Source: an uncultured Acidobacteriota bacterium
Lineage (GTDB): Bacteria > Acidobacteriota > Vicinamibacteria > Marinacidobacterales > DATDRI01
NCBI GenBank assembly: GCA_963697355.1
Contig: CAVONV010000023.1
Span: 1,362,400 to 1,426,399, forward strand
Length of the DNA stretch: 64,000 nucleotides
Direction: 5' to 3'
Shown: piece by piece, positions 17,863 through 28,208 of the stretch
How the letters are laid out: every line of letters starts with the position of its first letter
How positions within the stretch are numbered: the first letter of the stretch is position 1
Position numbers and translations under genes: made by a program
Notes under the pieces: generated by a model
Databases searched by the model: none
What the model was told of the DNA's origin: nothing
The model's input: the letters and a program-made list of their open reading frames with translations, nothing else

Positions 17863-20829
17863 TGACGCTAGCTTCTTTCTCGCTTCATCCACCCGCTCGC
17901 GATCCATATCGCCGTCTTTCCAGTACTCGTAGAAGCGGCGGTAGTACTCACGGGCTTTTTCCATCTCGTCGCGGTTCTCGTGGATCTTGCCCAGGAAGTA
18001 GAAGCTGCGGACGTAGGGGATGGGCCACCAAAGGCGCTCGGTGGTGCTTTCGGTTATGCGCTGTAGCCACTCTGTGGCTTCTTCGTCATCGCCTGCCGCT
18101 AGGTTGGCCTTCGCGAGGGAGAACCAGATGGGAACGTGCCTGGGGAACACTCCTCCAAGCTGGGACGGGATGCCCCGTTCCGGAAGGAAAGAAATTGCCT
18201 GATGTAGCTCGTCTATCGCCAGCGGAATATTCCCCTGAAGTAGAGCAAGCTCACCGGCAAGATGGTGGTGGAGCCTCAACCCGATGACTGTGCTTGGTGA
18301 CTGAGATGTATGCAGTAGTCGTTCTGCGGTTTTTTCCGCATCAACCATGCGTCCGCTTATTCCCTGGACGAGTGCAACGTAAAACAGGCCCTCCCACTCC
18401 GCGACGTGTCCTTCGCGCTCTTCCGAGTCCTTTTTGGCCTGCTCCAGGGCTTGCGCCACATCGCCTTTCTCGAGAAGGACGTGAGCGGCGAAGCTGTGGA
18501 CACCCAGATCCTCAGCTTTGGGTTTGTAGTCTGATTGATTGGCTTTCTCGATGTGCCCGACCGCTTCTCGAGATTGACCGTGATAAAGTCGTGTGACAGC
18601 TCGTTGGAGAAGACCTGACCATCTCGGGTACGGTTCATTGGAGTCCAATATCCTTCCGGTTGCCGCATCGGCCAACTCCCAGTTCCCACGAAGCATGGAT
18701 ACCTGCCATCGGCCAACGCTGGCGTATATATATTCGGGCCATAGCGCTTCCGCTTTTTGAAAGGCTTGGAGTGCGTCGTCGAGCTTCCCCCAAGTGATCA
18801 GGTGGTGTCCCATATCGTAATGATTGCCGGCAATATCAGGTCTTCGGCGGAGCAGTTCTTGGAGAGCCCGGTAGGCCCTCTCGGGCCTCCCCTGAGTGTC
18901 GTAGCACTCGGCGAGGATCCAAAAAGAATTGTCGTTCATTTGTCCTATCTCGATAGCGTCCTCGATGAGCTCGATGGCCTCGTCGTAACGTTCCAGCAGC
19001 CAATAGCCTAAGGCGAGGTTTTGCCGTGCTGATTTGTGGTCCGGATAATGCCGTAGCGCTTCTCTGTAAGCGTCTATCGACCGGTCCATGGTTGGCCAGG
19101 GGAAGTAGAAATTACCCTCCACGTAGTAGCGCTCGCGAGGGGGAAGCCGGTCTGCATGCTCTAGCGCTAGCCGTGCATATTTGTGGAATAGCTCCGTGTT
19201 GCCCAGGTTGCTGTGGATCGCCCAGAGCTTGGACAAGGCCATGGCGAAGCCAGGGTCCACCTCGATGGCCTTTTCAAAAAGAGCAACGGCCTCCTTTCCC
19301 TTCTGGCTATTCTGTAGCTTCCTACCCTCCACGTAGTATCGGAAGGCCTCGATCGAATCCGTGGTCACGTTTGCTATGTTCATATCCCAGTAGATTGCAT
19401 CCGCTTGGCCCCCGAGGCTCGTGCTGACTCGCCGAGTGAGGTCGTTGACCATGGGAAAAATGCTCGAGTCTCCTTCGCCTTCCACTTTTTCTGTGGTTAG
19501 GATTTTGCCGCTTGAAGCATCCTGGACACGGACGTTGATGCGGATGCTGCTGCCCGACTTCATAAAACTGCCGAGAATTACAGTATTGGCGCCGATCTTG
19601 TCGGCAACCTCCTGGACGACCTCGAGTGATGTGATGCGCTGGTCCAGCCGGTTCATGTCCTCGAGGATCTGGTAGAGCCGATCGGTGCTGAAGACCTCCA
19701 GGTTGGGTGACTGCGAGAGGTCCGTGACCAGCATTTCGGCCAATCCAAGTCGCAACCAGTCGAGTGAGGGATCCCCGCTGATATTGTCGAAGAGCAATAT
19801 GGCAACCGATGGCCTGGTGGTTGGGGATGGAGTTAGTTCATCTTGGACGGGCGGTCGCAAGACAAGCAACGTGCCCACCAGTGTCAGTGCGGCGATTGCA
19901 CCCGTTGCTGTGTAAAGCAATGGTTTGCGACGGCCTGTTGCTACGGTAGTTGTGATAGGCCCAGATTCCAGACGCTTGCTTACATCGTGCAAGTCGATGA
20001 CCGCATCCTTGATTGTTTGGTAGCGTTTGTTCGGCTCCTTGTTGAGGCACTTTTCCAGCACATGCTGTAACTCGAATGCGGCTTGGTCGGAGACATCAGC
20101 TCCGAGAGACGGAAGCTGTGGGGTGGGTCCGCTCAGTATCGCGTTCAAAGTGTCAGCACCCGTCGGTCCACGGAAAGGCGCCTCGCCCGTGACCATCTCA
20201 TGAAGAACGATCCCAAAAGAGAAGACGTCGGTTCGGTGGTCGATGTTTTGCCCTCGGGCCTGCTCGGGTGACATGTACGAAACGGTTCCAAGGATCTTTC
20301 CGTCGGATGTTTCGTCACGCAGAGCGGTCGTTTCCTCTGTGTCGTCCGCGAACCGTGACTCCACTAATTTGGCGAGACCGAAGTCGATGATCTTCGCATG
20401 CCCCTCCTCGGTCACCATGATATTGGCGGGCTTGAGGTCGCGATGAGCGATTCCTTCATCATGAGCCTTGGCGAGGCCCTCTGCTACGTCAGTGGCGATT
20501 TCCAGTGCGCGACGAAGAGGCACAGGACCCCTGGCTATCGTGTCCCGGAGCTGCTCGCCACGGATCAACTCCATGGCAATGAATGAGACGCCGTCGGTCT
20601 CGTCTATCTCGTAAACCACCCCGATGTGAGGATGTTCGAGCTTCGCCGCCGCCTTGCCTTCCTGAACGAATCGACGCTTGCGCTCTGGGTCAGCAACGAG
20701 ATCAGGAGGTAGAACTTTGAGGGCAACCTCGCGGTCGAGCTTCACATCAACCGCACGGTAAACGATGCCCATGCCGCCTCGGCTGATCTCAGAGAGGATT
20801 TTGTAATGCGAGAGGGTTCGACCAATCAC
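17860..20829 (-). CDS. Hanks-type Ser/Thr kinase (type A, intact, 989 aa) with TM segment and TPR repeats
   Basis: GTG start. [61 protein letters not shown], then a TM helix, TPR repeats and the conserved C-terminal [47 protein letters not shown]. Confidence 0.9.
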   Translation of the reverse strand: MIGRTLSHYKILSEISRGGMGIVYRAVDVKLDREVALKVLPPDLVADPERKRRFVQEGKAAAKLEHPHIGVVYEIDETDGVSFIAMELIRGEQLRDTIARGPVPLRRALEIATDVAEGLAKAHDEGIAHRDLKPANIMVTEEGHAKIIDFGLAKLVESRFADDTEETTALRDETSDGKILGTVSYMSPEQARGQNIDHRTDVFSFGIVLHEMVTGEAPFRGPTGADTLNAILSGPTPQLPSLGADVSDQAAFELQHVLEKCLNKEPNKRYQTIKDAVIDLHDVSKRLESGPITTTVATGRRKPLLYTATGAIAALTLVGTLLVLRPPVQDELTPSPTTRPSVAILLFDNISGDPSLDWLRLGLAEMLVTDLSQSPNLEVFSTDRLYQILEDMNRLDQRITSLEVVQEVADKIGANTVILGSFMKSGSSIRINVRVQDASSGKILTTEKVEGEGDSSIFPMVNDLTRRVSTSLGGQADAIYWDMNIANVTTDSIEAFRYYVEGRKLQNSQKGKEAVALFEKAIEVDPGFAMALSKLWAIHSNLGNTELFHKYARLALEHADRLPPRERYYVEGNFYFPWPTMDRSIDAYREALRHYPDHKSARQNLALGYWLLERYDEAIELIEDAIEIGQMNDNSFWILAECYDTQGRPERAYRALQELLRRRPDIAGNHYDMGHHLITWGKLDDALQAFQKAEALWPEYIYASVGRWQVSMLRGNWELADAATGRILDSNEPYPRWSGLLQRAVTRLYHGQSREAVGHIEKANQSDYKPKAEDLGVHSFAAHVLLEKGDVAQALEQAKKDSEEREGHVAEWEGLFYVALVQGISGRMVDAEKTAERLLHTSQSPSTVIGLRLHHHLAGELALLQGNIPLAIDELHQAISFLPERGIPSQLGGVFPRHVPIWFSLAKANLAAGDDEEATEWLQRITESTTERLWWPIPYVRSFYFLGKIHENRDEMEKAREYYRRFYEYWKDGDMDRERVDEARKKLAS

Positions 20830-20851
20830 GGAGGACCTCCACGCTGGGGTG

Positions 20852-20881
20852 AGGATAGTGGTTTTCGGATAGCGAAGTCAA
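20852..20881 (-). promoter_or_regulatory. Conserved kinase promoter cassette, copy 5
   Basis: Reverse complement reads TTGACTtcgctatccgaaaaccacTATCCTcaccccagCGTGGAGGTCCTCCGTGATTGG. Confidence 0.5.
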
Positions 20882-21032
20882 AAGGAGGTGAGAGTTGAGA
20901 GGAGCGGACTGAGACGGCAGATCCGTGGGTCCAGCGAAGACGGCTCTACACAAGAAACAGGTGAGCAGGCGGTGAGGTCATGCGATTCAGCTTCGTGTCA
21001 TCCGGGCAACGACAGGCTTGTGAGATGAGAAC

Positions 21033-22532
21033 CTAGCGGACTCCTTCGCGGTTCAACCACTCTACGGTATCGGGGTGCATGTCTTTGTAGTTGTCCCTGA
21101 TGTACTGTTTCATCCGGTCCGTCAACGCCACGGTTTGGTCGTAGCCTTGTGCCTTGATGAAGTTGTCGATCTCGTCCTTCGTCTTCCGCTGGGGATTCCA
21201 GTTTTCCTCGTTGGCGACCCTGAACAAGAACCTCGTGTAGTTGGCGGCAGCCAGGTGCAGGTACTGCATCTCCACCTTATCGATGGTGTCGTACCTGGTG
21301 TGCCCATAGCCTCTGCCGGTTCTAACCGCTGTCGGGTCGGCTCCGCCTGCAGAGGGGACGGATTTGAGGAAGAAGGGCCAATGGTCACTGTAGGGACCGA
21401 CCCCTTGAGTGGTCGGCATCTCGGCCACCATATCCTTCGCCCACTGCTGAGCAAGTTTCTCGAGGGACGGGAAGTTGTGGAAGGCTAGGCCCTTCTTTCC
21501 CGCTCCACCTGCGCTGTCCAGGTTCAGCATGAACCTGCACCTGTCAAGCTCGTCCTCATGCGCGGCGACGTAGGCGTAGCTGCCATTGAGACCGATCTCC
21601 TCCGCGCCGAAGGTGATGACCCTGACGCGGCGTTCGAGCTTGCCCTTGACCATGCCCAGATTCCGTGCGATCTCCATGACCGTCACGGCGCCGGAAGCAG
21701 GGTCCACAGCGCCTTGGCTTATGTCGTGGCCGTCCAGGTGACTTCCAACGATGACGTAGTCGTCGTCCACGGGATGGTCTGGAACCACGTCGCCGACGAC
21801 GTTCCACGTGACAACGTCATGGTTCCTGTCGGTGGTCTTGATCCTGACTACGACCTCCTTTTCGCGCTCGAGCAGCCGTGTGAGGAACGCCCCGTCTTCG
21901 TAGCCGATGCCGATCGCGGGGATCACGGGATCGATACCGCCCGTAGGCGGGCCGTAGGCCGGGTAGTGGTTCATGAATATCCAGCCCGTGGCGCCGGCCA
22001 TGACACTGCGCCTGTACTTCTCGCTGCGGTGCAGAGATCGGGTCATGCCCGCAGGTGTGGCGCTCGTGACCATTACTATGTTGCCCTCTACCTCGGCCTT
22101 GCGTGTGTCATAGCTGTCGATCGCGCCGGCGCCGAGGAAAACCAGTTTGCCCTCGACCTCCGCCCCGATGCTGTGGGGAAGACTGATCACGTCGAAGCTT
22201 CTCTTGATGGGGCTGATGATCTCGAGCGTGGCCGGGCCGCGTGTCCAACCCGCTATGGTGAGCTCCTCGGCATGGACGTTCTGGCAACCGTACTCTTTGA
22301 ACTTCTCGATGATGTAATCCACCGCCCCCCGGTCACCAGGGAGCCCGGGAAACCTGCTTCCGTAGACGTCGCATAATTCCTTCAAGTTGTCCATAGGCTC
22401 GGAGCTCGTGTAGACCTCCGCCATGATCTTCTTGTCGACTTCCATGTATGGGTTGATCCGTGCTTGTGCTCCGGCGGGAGGCGCGAGGGCGAGTGCGAAA
22501 ACGACGGTTACAAAGCACAGACACTTCTTCAT
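21033..22532 (-). CDS. Secreted M28-family peptidase (aminopeptidase-like, with PA domain)
   Basis: Likely start MKKCLCFVTVVFALALAPPAGAQA (signal peptide; AAGGAG SD). Zn-ligand-type blocks: VVGSHLDGHD, FGAEEIGLNGS, NLDS. Confidence 0.8.
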   Translation of the reverse strand: MKKCLCFVTVVFALALAPPAGAQARINPYMEVDKKIMAEVYTSSEPMDNLKELCDVYGSRFPGLPGDRGAVDYIIEKFKEYGCQNVHAEELTIAGWTRGPATLEIISPIKRSFDVISLPHSIGAEVEGKLVFLGAGAIDSYDTRKAEVEGNIVMVTSATPAGMTRSLHRSEKYRRSVMAGATGWIFMNHYPAYGPPTGGIDPVIPAIGIGYEDGAFLTRLLEREKEVVVRIKTTDRNHDVVTWNVVGDVVPDHPVDDDYVIVGSHLDGHDISQGAVDPASGAVTVMEIARNLGMVKGKLERRVRVITFGAEEIGLNGSYAYVAAHEDELDRCRFMLNLDSAGGAGKKGLAFHNFPSLEKLAQQWAKDMVAEMPTTQGVGPYSDHWPFFLKSVPSAGGADPTAVRTGRGYGHTRYDTIDKVEMQYLHLAAANYTRFLFRVANEENWNPQRKTKDEIDNFIKAQGYDQTVALTDRMKQYIRDNYKDMHPDTVEWLNREGVR

Positions 22533-23132
22533 TGGAAGCTCCTTTCCTGATGGGTAGCAGGTATCATCTATCGAACGGCCGAAACTTGACGGCATGGATT
22601 GTCGCACGCGGCTCTCGTGATTGGCTCAGAGTGCACATAACGAAGAAGGATTATAACGCATAGGTCGGCTGTCAACATGTCATGGCGTCGCCGTCAACAT
22701 CGATGCCACAGCCGCCATTCCTTGCACGAGACGTCCCGTGTGCAACTTTTTGTAGTCATGCAGCTTGTGCCTCGGTTGAGTTTTGGCACATCAGGGTCAC
22801 CGTGGCGAGCCTCGAATCCGGGGCTTAAGGATTTATGACCTGGCGTCGGGCCGTTTTTCCTGGAGGGGCATGAAAACACGGGGATGAATAGTTTTTAGGA
22901 GGCAATGGCCATATCGCGGGCCGAGATGACTAGGCAGCGTTCGCCGTCTTGTGAATGAAAAAGACGACCAAGGGTCTACCCACCTCGGTCCGTCCCAAAG
23001 CAGCATAAACATTCCAACTCACGAGCTTTTCCTTAGCTCCGACGACGGCTTCGTCATGCCGCCCATCATCGATATATGTTGGAGCGTATACGCTATGGGC
23101 TTCGTATCCTGTTCCCGACCAAGTGGTGATTG

Positions 23133-24632
23133 TCACCAAGAGCTCGGAAATCGTGCTAGGAAGGCTATCACGGGGTCCAGCTCTCTCTCGTCGACGCACT
23201 CGCCGATCTTGTGGGTGTTTTGTTCGATGCCGGGGCCGATTCCGAACATGGCAGGATGGCGGAAACGGCCGGAGCGGACCCAACCTTTTTTGGGGGGTAC
23301 GGACAGTTTCGTGTCCTCTTCATGTAGACAGAATCCGACGCCGTCGGTGGAGAAGATCCAGCGCGCCACACGGGGTTTGCTGCGCAGGAGCGCGGATGTC
23401 TTCTCGGATGCGATGAGGGGCGTTACCACGCGCCGGTAGACTTCAGTTGCCGTTTGGATGGCGGGATGATCTTCGGGAGTCACCCAACCGGGGTAGATCT
23501 GGTCGTTTCCGAGAACAAATCCCTTCCATGTGGGCTGGTTGTAGTAGGGAGGGCGCACGGTGACTTTCAGTCCTCCTTGGCGTGCACGGGTCACGGAGGC
23601 CATTTGCTCGATGTCTTCGAGAGCCTTTTGTGGGTCTTCACCCGGAGCCAGGCGCCGGTCGAAGCGGAATGTGAAGCGCTCCGGAACGGCGCAATCGCTC
23701 GGGGTGTCGAGGGTCGCGAAGCTCGCGGTTCGCGTTCCTTTGCCCAGGAACGGATCGTCGGCAAATCCCTTGCCTAGCGCGTGGCGTTCGGCGGCTTCGA
23801 CAATGATGGCAGCTCCGTACTCGAGAGGATTGCGACCTTCCCACGGCATGGAGCCGTGGCAGCTCTTTCCGGTCACTTCGACCTCGATTTGCATGCGGCC
23901 TCGTTGGCCGCGATAGATGCCCACGGCGCCTTTGTCCGCATCGCCGGTGCCTTCGGTAAGGATCACGACATCGGGGATTCGCTCGGCACCGGCGCGGGGC
24001 AACTCCTCACGCAGAATATAGGCCGGCCCTCCGCCGTCGTTATCTTCTTCGGTGACCGAGCCATAGCTCATCACGATGACGCCACTTAGAGCACCGTCGG
24101 CAACGAGCTCCTGCATGATCCTGCATGCGACGATTTGACAGACGACGCCACCGAGCTGATCGGCCGCGCCTCTTCCGAAAACGAGATGGTGTCGTTCGTC
24201 GTCGGGAGGCAAGTAACCTAGCTCTTCGGCGAGGAAATCCCAATTGACTTTGGAGGGGTCGGTTAAGCCGAGGTAGGGGTCGATGCCACCGCCGATAGCT
24301 TCGTGCCAACGGGGACGGAGCGCCTGCACCGTGTCCGTGTGCCCATCCATATAGATGACCGACTTTTCTTCGGGTGAAATGCCGTCATTCGGATCGTACG
24401 CTTTCCAGAAGAGATTGCCGTAGGCATCGAATCCGACATCATTCGAGTCGCGAACGGCGCCGATCTCGATGATCTTCCGACGGAGGTACTCGAGCCGTGG
24501 TCCTTCGTGATTGGATAAGCCGCATTGCGGATCGTGGTCGATGTGATCCGCAGGGATGCGGATCGCTTCCTTCAGGATTTCGACGGCAAGAGGTCGGTAC
24601 TTTTTCGCAAGCTCTTGGATCTTCTCATCCAT
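23133..24632 (-). CDS. ygeY: M20-family metallopeptidase, YgeY-like
   Basis: Start MDEKIQELAKKY (AAAGGA SD). M20 blocks: YMDGHTDTV, GRGAADQLGG, YGSVTEEDNDGGG. It is adjacent to a YgeW-like gene. Confidence 0.75.
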   Translation of the reverse strand: MDEKIQELAKKYRPLAVEILKEAIRIPADHIDHDPQCGLSNHEGPRLEYLRRKIIEIGAVRDSNDVGFDAYGNLFWKAYDPNDGISPEEKSVIYMDGHTDTVQALRPRWHEAIGGGIDPYLGLTDPSKVNWDFLAEELGYLPPDDERHHLVFGRGAADQLGGVVCQIVACRIMQELVADGALSGVIVMSYGSVTEEDNDGGGPAYILREELPRAGAERIPDVVILTEGTGDADKGAVGIYRGQRGRMQIEVEVTGKSCHGSMPWEGRNPLEYGAAIIVEAAERHALGKGFADDPFLGKGTRTASFATLDTPSDCAVPERFTFRFDRRLAPGEDPQKALEDIEQMASVTRARQGGLKVTVRPPYYNQPTWKGFVLGNDQIYPGWVTPEDHPAIQTATEVYRRVVTPLIASEKTSALLRSKPRVARWIFSTDGVGFCLHEEDTKLSVPPKKGWVRSGRFRHPAMFGIGPGIEQNTHKIGECVDERELDPVIAFLARFPSSW

Positions 24633-24643
24633 TCGTTGTCCTT

Positions 24644-25804
24644 TTAGGTGGCGGTGTTCGCCGCGCATGCAAGAAGGCGCTTTTTCAGATCTCGACATTT
24701 AGCAGCGGCGAGTAGCGACATGATGACGTAGACCTTCTTGTTGGCTTGCCGAGCGAGGTCGGTGCGAAAGCGCTCCATGACGCCGGCGCTGACCTCCGCA
24801 CCGATGTCGGCAGGAAGACAGTGGAGATACTTGGCTTTGCCTTTCGCGGTCAGCTCCATGCGTCGCTCATCACAGATCCAGTCTCGATACCGGCTGTTGC
24901 GATCCAATGCAGCCTCTTCGATACGTTGCATCTTTGTTAGATCGCGTTGCCGGTTGGCTTCGACACGCTCGAGCATCAAATCGTAGGGTCCCCAGCTTTT
25001 GGGATAGACGATGTCGGCGCCCTCGAAAGCCTCGTCCATGCCCGCGGTCTGAGTGAAGCTTCCGCCGGAGGCGGTCGGATATTTCTTGGCGTCGGTGATC
25101 GATTCGGGCATCAAGCCGTAGCCGTCCGGATGGGCAAGACGGACGTGCATCCCCATACGGGTCATCAGGCGGATGAGGCCTTGGGGTACGGAGAGTGGTT
25201 TCGCGTAGCTCAAAGAGTAGGCCCAAGTGATGGCCATGGTCTTGCCGGCCAGGCCCTCGGGGAAACACTCTCGCAGCCAAATCAGGTCGGCCAGGGTTTG
25301 CGTGGGATGGTCCACGTCACATTGGAGATTGACGACGGGGACGGACCGGAGGTCTCCGGTCTCCTCGAGATAGGCGTCGATCCCCTTCTTCGCCGAACGC
25401 ATGAAAGTTTGTCCTTCGCCGAGAATCAGATCGTGGCGTATACCCAGGGCGTGGGCGTTCATTCCCAACATGGCTCCCGTTTCTTCCGCAGTCTCGCCGT
25501 GGGCGACTTGAGTTGTTGATCCGTCGACGATAACCGGATGGGCACCGAGTCGCGCCGCTGCTCCGGCCCAGCTCGATTTCGTGCGCGTCGAGCTATCGAA
25601 AAAAAGTGCGTAGTTGAGCTCGTTGGGAAAGAGCGCCATCGATTGGCCTTGACGATCGAGCCTCTCGAAGGCTTCACTGAGGCGACAGATGGTCTCGATG
25701 TCTTGGTTCGATCCGTCATCGGTTTGGAGCAAGCTGCGGCCGACAAGCTCCTTCAGTGCGCCTTCGTCCAACGTGTCAATGAGGTCGGGAGCGTTTCGCG
25801 TCAT
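24644..25804 (-). CDS. ygeW: Carbamoyltransferase of the OTC/ATC superfamily, YgeW-like
   Basis: STRTK/STRTR-type carbamoyl-phosphate motif (FFDSSTRTKSS) and HCLP motif (YLHCLPA). 386 aa and paired with the YgeY-like peptidase, as in ygeW-ygeY loci. Confidence 0.75.
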   Translation of the reverse strand: MTRNAPDLIDTLDEGALKELVGRSLLQTDDGSNQDIETICRLSEAFERLDRQGQSMALFPNELNYALFFDSSTRTKSSWAGAAARLGAHPVIVDGSTTQVAHGETAEETGAMLGMNAHALGIRHDLILGEGQTFMRSAKKGIDAYLEETGDLRSVPVVNLQCDVDHPTQTLADLIWLRECFPEGLAGKTMAITWAYSLSYAKPLSVPQGLIRLMTRMGMHVRLAHPDGYGLMPESITDAKKYPTASGGSFTQTAGMDEAFEGADIVYPKSWGPYDLMLERVEANRQRDLTKMQRIEEAALDRNSRYRDWICDERRMELTAKGKAKYLHCLPADIGAEVSAGVMERFRTDLARQANKKVYVIMSLLAAAKCRDLKKRLLACAANTAT

Positions 25805-27867
25805 GAGATATTCCCTTCAGCGGCACAAAGACTATGGATGAAGCTCGTTTGCGACCCACCCAGCACGGCTCGGCGCAAACAGTCCATGATGAGTGCGGGA
25901 GTGACGTCGACTTCGTCGAGCCCGCGAGCGGTCACGGTGCCTGCCGGATCAGCCATGGAGAAAACCACGAGGGTGGAAGGGGCCGTGAAGCGTAGCTCTC
26001 CATCCGAGACGTCGAGATGGTATTCCACACCCTGCAATCGGCCGAGAACGATGTCCCTGTCCCCTCGGCGTTCCATGAAGAAACCGTCGAGCTCGGGAAG
26101 GGATTGCCAGTGTTCGGAGCTACCGAAAAACCGAGGCTTGATGACGTAAGGCGCACCTTCCTCGGGGCAAAAGATGTCGCAGTTTCCACAATCGTTACAG
26201 AAGTCGGCGAAATTACCGATTTGGTGGCGGCGGGTCAGTGCGATCTTTCCTGACTCTTCCCAAGTCCATTCCTTGCCGCGACGATGGATCGTGACGACGG
26301 GGATCTCGTCTTCCGCCGGATAGAACGTGAAGTTTGCAGCGTTCGGGCAAGCGGGTACGCAGAGGTCACAGGTGATGCAATCGAAGAGATCGAGTTTTCG
26401 GTCGACGCTTTTGGGTGGTCGAGCATTCTGGGACAGCTGGTACCGAGGATCCCCGATGACCGTTTCGGCATAGTGCTCTGTGTTGAGCATCTTCGACTCC
26501 GAGACCCATCGCTCGTAAACCTCGTCGCCCACGGCGGGCCGCAGGGCTACGCCCGAATTTAACGCTTCCCGCGCTTGGCCCCACGGCGGTTCGCCCGGGG
26601 TCAAACCGGTCCGTGCGAGCGCCTTTTCGCTTTGGCCGTAAGCGCGAATGATGAAATCGCCCGTTGTCGCTGCTTTCACCTCGTCCATGCGGCGAACCAG
26701 CTCTTTGTAGTATCCGGGCATGCGTCCGTAGCCGCCTTTTTTGAGGAGATCGGTGCAGGCGGTGACGGGCACCAGGCCCAAGGCGACGGCGTCGGGTGAG
26801 TTGACTCGGTCGATGCCGGCGGAGAAGGAGACCGGATAGGTATCTCCAAAGTGTTCGCGGAATCGCCGTACGAGCTGGATCGCCAGAACGTGAAGAGGCG
26901 GGCCGGAAAGATAGGCTTCTTCGGCGCTCGGCGGGATGAAGTCTCCGCGGTTCTTTACGACGAGCGTATTGGTGAACTTCACACCGAGACGGCGTCCGGT
27001 TTGTGTTGCCGTTTTTTCGAGTCGATCGATGATGTCGATGGCTTGTTCCCACTTCGTGTCGTTGGCGAAAGCGCTTACGGGAACCACGATATCCTCGTAG
27101 CCGAGGACGTCGTGGAGTAGTCGGTCCACCTCGGCTTGTCCCAGCAGCATGGGGTTGAACTTGATGGTGCAGTCGAGGCCCACTTCGCGCATGAGAAACT
27201 CACACATCTCGGCGATTTCGTTCGGAGGGCAACCATGAAAGGTGCTCAGCGTCACACTCTTGGAGATCCGACGAGGATAGTCCAGGTCGTAGAGCTCTCG
27301 ATGTTCGCTCGGAATCTCCTTTCGAAGTCGGTCGATGATAGGACCGGCGTTGAGTATGCCCGCGACGAAGGCCTGCATCCGGTCACTTCGCATCCCGGCG
27401 AGGTCGTACCCCAAGCTCATGTCGTAGCAGACCGGCTCGAAGCGAGATTCCAAATGGGTCGTAGCGCGGAGCATCTCGACGAGCATGACTCCCTTGACGT
27501 ACTCTTCCAGGGACTCCTCCAATTTCAGCTCTTGGGACCACTCGGCGTTGTAGCCGACGGTCCGCATGTCGATGCAAGGGCGGGGCAGATCGAGCTCATC
27601 CAGGATTTGGACGGTCTTGAGCTCCAAGATCCGGGAGCCGGCGAGCCACGATAAGACGATGTTCTGGGCCATTTGGGTCTGCGGACCCGCGGCGGGCCCA
27701 AGAGGGCTTCCAGCCGGCGAGCCGTGAAACGTGACGGAGAAATCCTTGTCGGCGTCACCGGAATAGAAGCGACGCGAAGGCAGGCCGAAAACCGCCCGTT
27801 CGTGCTCGAGCTCGCCGAACATGTGGGAGACGAGTGCGGCGAAGGGATAGGGCGTCAGTTTCGGCAT
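25801..27867 (-). CDS. DHODH/dihydropyrimidine-dehydrogenase-like TIM-barrel oxidoreductase with C-terminal 2x[4Fe-4S] ferredoxin domain (PreA/YgfK-like)
   Basis: Two Cys clusters (CITCDLCVPACP, CNDCGNCDIFCPEEG) C-terminal to a DHODH-like core. The family call is tentative. Confidence 0.55.
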   Translation of the reverse strand: MPKLTPYPFAALVSHMFGELEHERAVFGLPSRRFYSGDADKDFSVTFHGSPAGSPLGPAAGPQTQMAQNIVLSWLAGSRILELKTVQILDELDLPRPCIDMRTVGYNAEWSQELKLEESLEEYVKGVMLVEMLRATTHLESRFEPVCYDMSLGYDLAGMRSDRMQAFVAGILNAGPIIDRLRKEIPSEHRELYDLDYPRRISKSVTLSTFHGCPPNEIAEMCEFLMREVGLDCTIKFNPMLLGQAEVDRLLHDVLGYEDIVVPVSAFANDTKWEQAIDIIDRLEKTATQTGRRLGVKFTNTLVVKNRGDFIPPSAEEAYLSGPPLHVLAIQLVRRFREHFGDTYPVSFSAGIDRVNSPDAVALGLVPVTACTDLLKKGGYGRMPGYYKELVRRMDEVKAATTGDFIIRAYGQSEKALARTGLTPGEPPWGQAREALNSGVALRPAVGDEVYERWVSESKMLNTEHYAETVIGDPRYQLSQNARPPKSVDRKLDLFDCITCDLCVPACPNAANFTFYPAEDEIPVVTIHRRGKEWTWEESGKIALTRRHQIGNFADFCNDCGNCDIFCPEEGAPYVIKPRFFGSSEHWQSLPELDGFFMERRGDRDIVLGRLQGVEYHLDVSDGELRFTAPSTLVVFSMADPAGTVTARGLDEVDVTPALIMDCLRRAVLGGSQTSFIHSLCAAEGNIS

Positions 27868-28208
27868 GGCCGTATTGTTGCAAAATTGAGTGGAGAAAGG
27901 GAAGACCTGTTTTGTATTTCGGGGACAGTGTTCGATGAATCAGAGGATTCACCTGAAACCATGAAGATGCCGAAGAAGAACCGACGAACCGATTCTGCTA
28001 TCGACCAAGGCGAAGGGTTCTCCCGCGCCCGGTTTGCCCCGATCTACGACCATAAACCCGCGTAGACGCTTCGAGCAGGGGCACGGGCACGGGCTGGGGC
28101 AGAGAGTATTGTTGCAGAGGACGATGGCGAAAGGGAAGACCTGTTTCAAATTTAGGCCGACAAGGTCCATAATTCGAGACCTGGCAACGTGATAGTAGGG
28201 AGGTAGTC

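Noticed and set aside
21558-22376. 272-aa plus-strand ORF
   Set aside because: Antisense to the M28 peptidase; Ala/Arg/Val-rich with no motifs.
22608-23132. ~520-bp intergenic region of lower GC, checked for tRNA/ncRNA and a small ORF (22930..23130, ...TWSGTGYEAHSVYAPTYIDDGRHDEAVVGAKEKLVSWNVYAALGRTEVGRPLVVFFIHKTANAA)
   Set aside because: No cloverleaf or recognisable ncRNA structure was seen. The small ORF has no ATG or clear SD (only possible GTG/TTG starts), and the long ORF-track version overlaps the M20 peptidase, so I did not list it as a feature. It remains a weak candidate small protein.
26366-27052. 228-aa Arg-rich minus-strand ORF
   Set aside because: Alternative frame of the PreA/YgfK-like gene; low-complexity composition.
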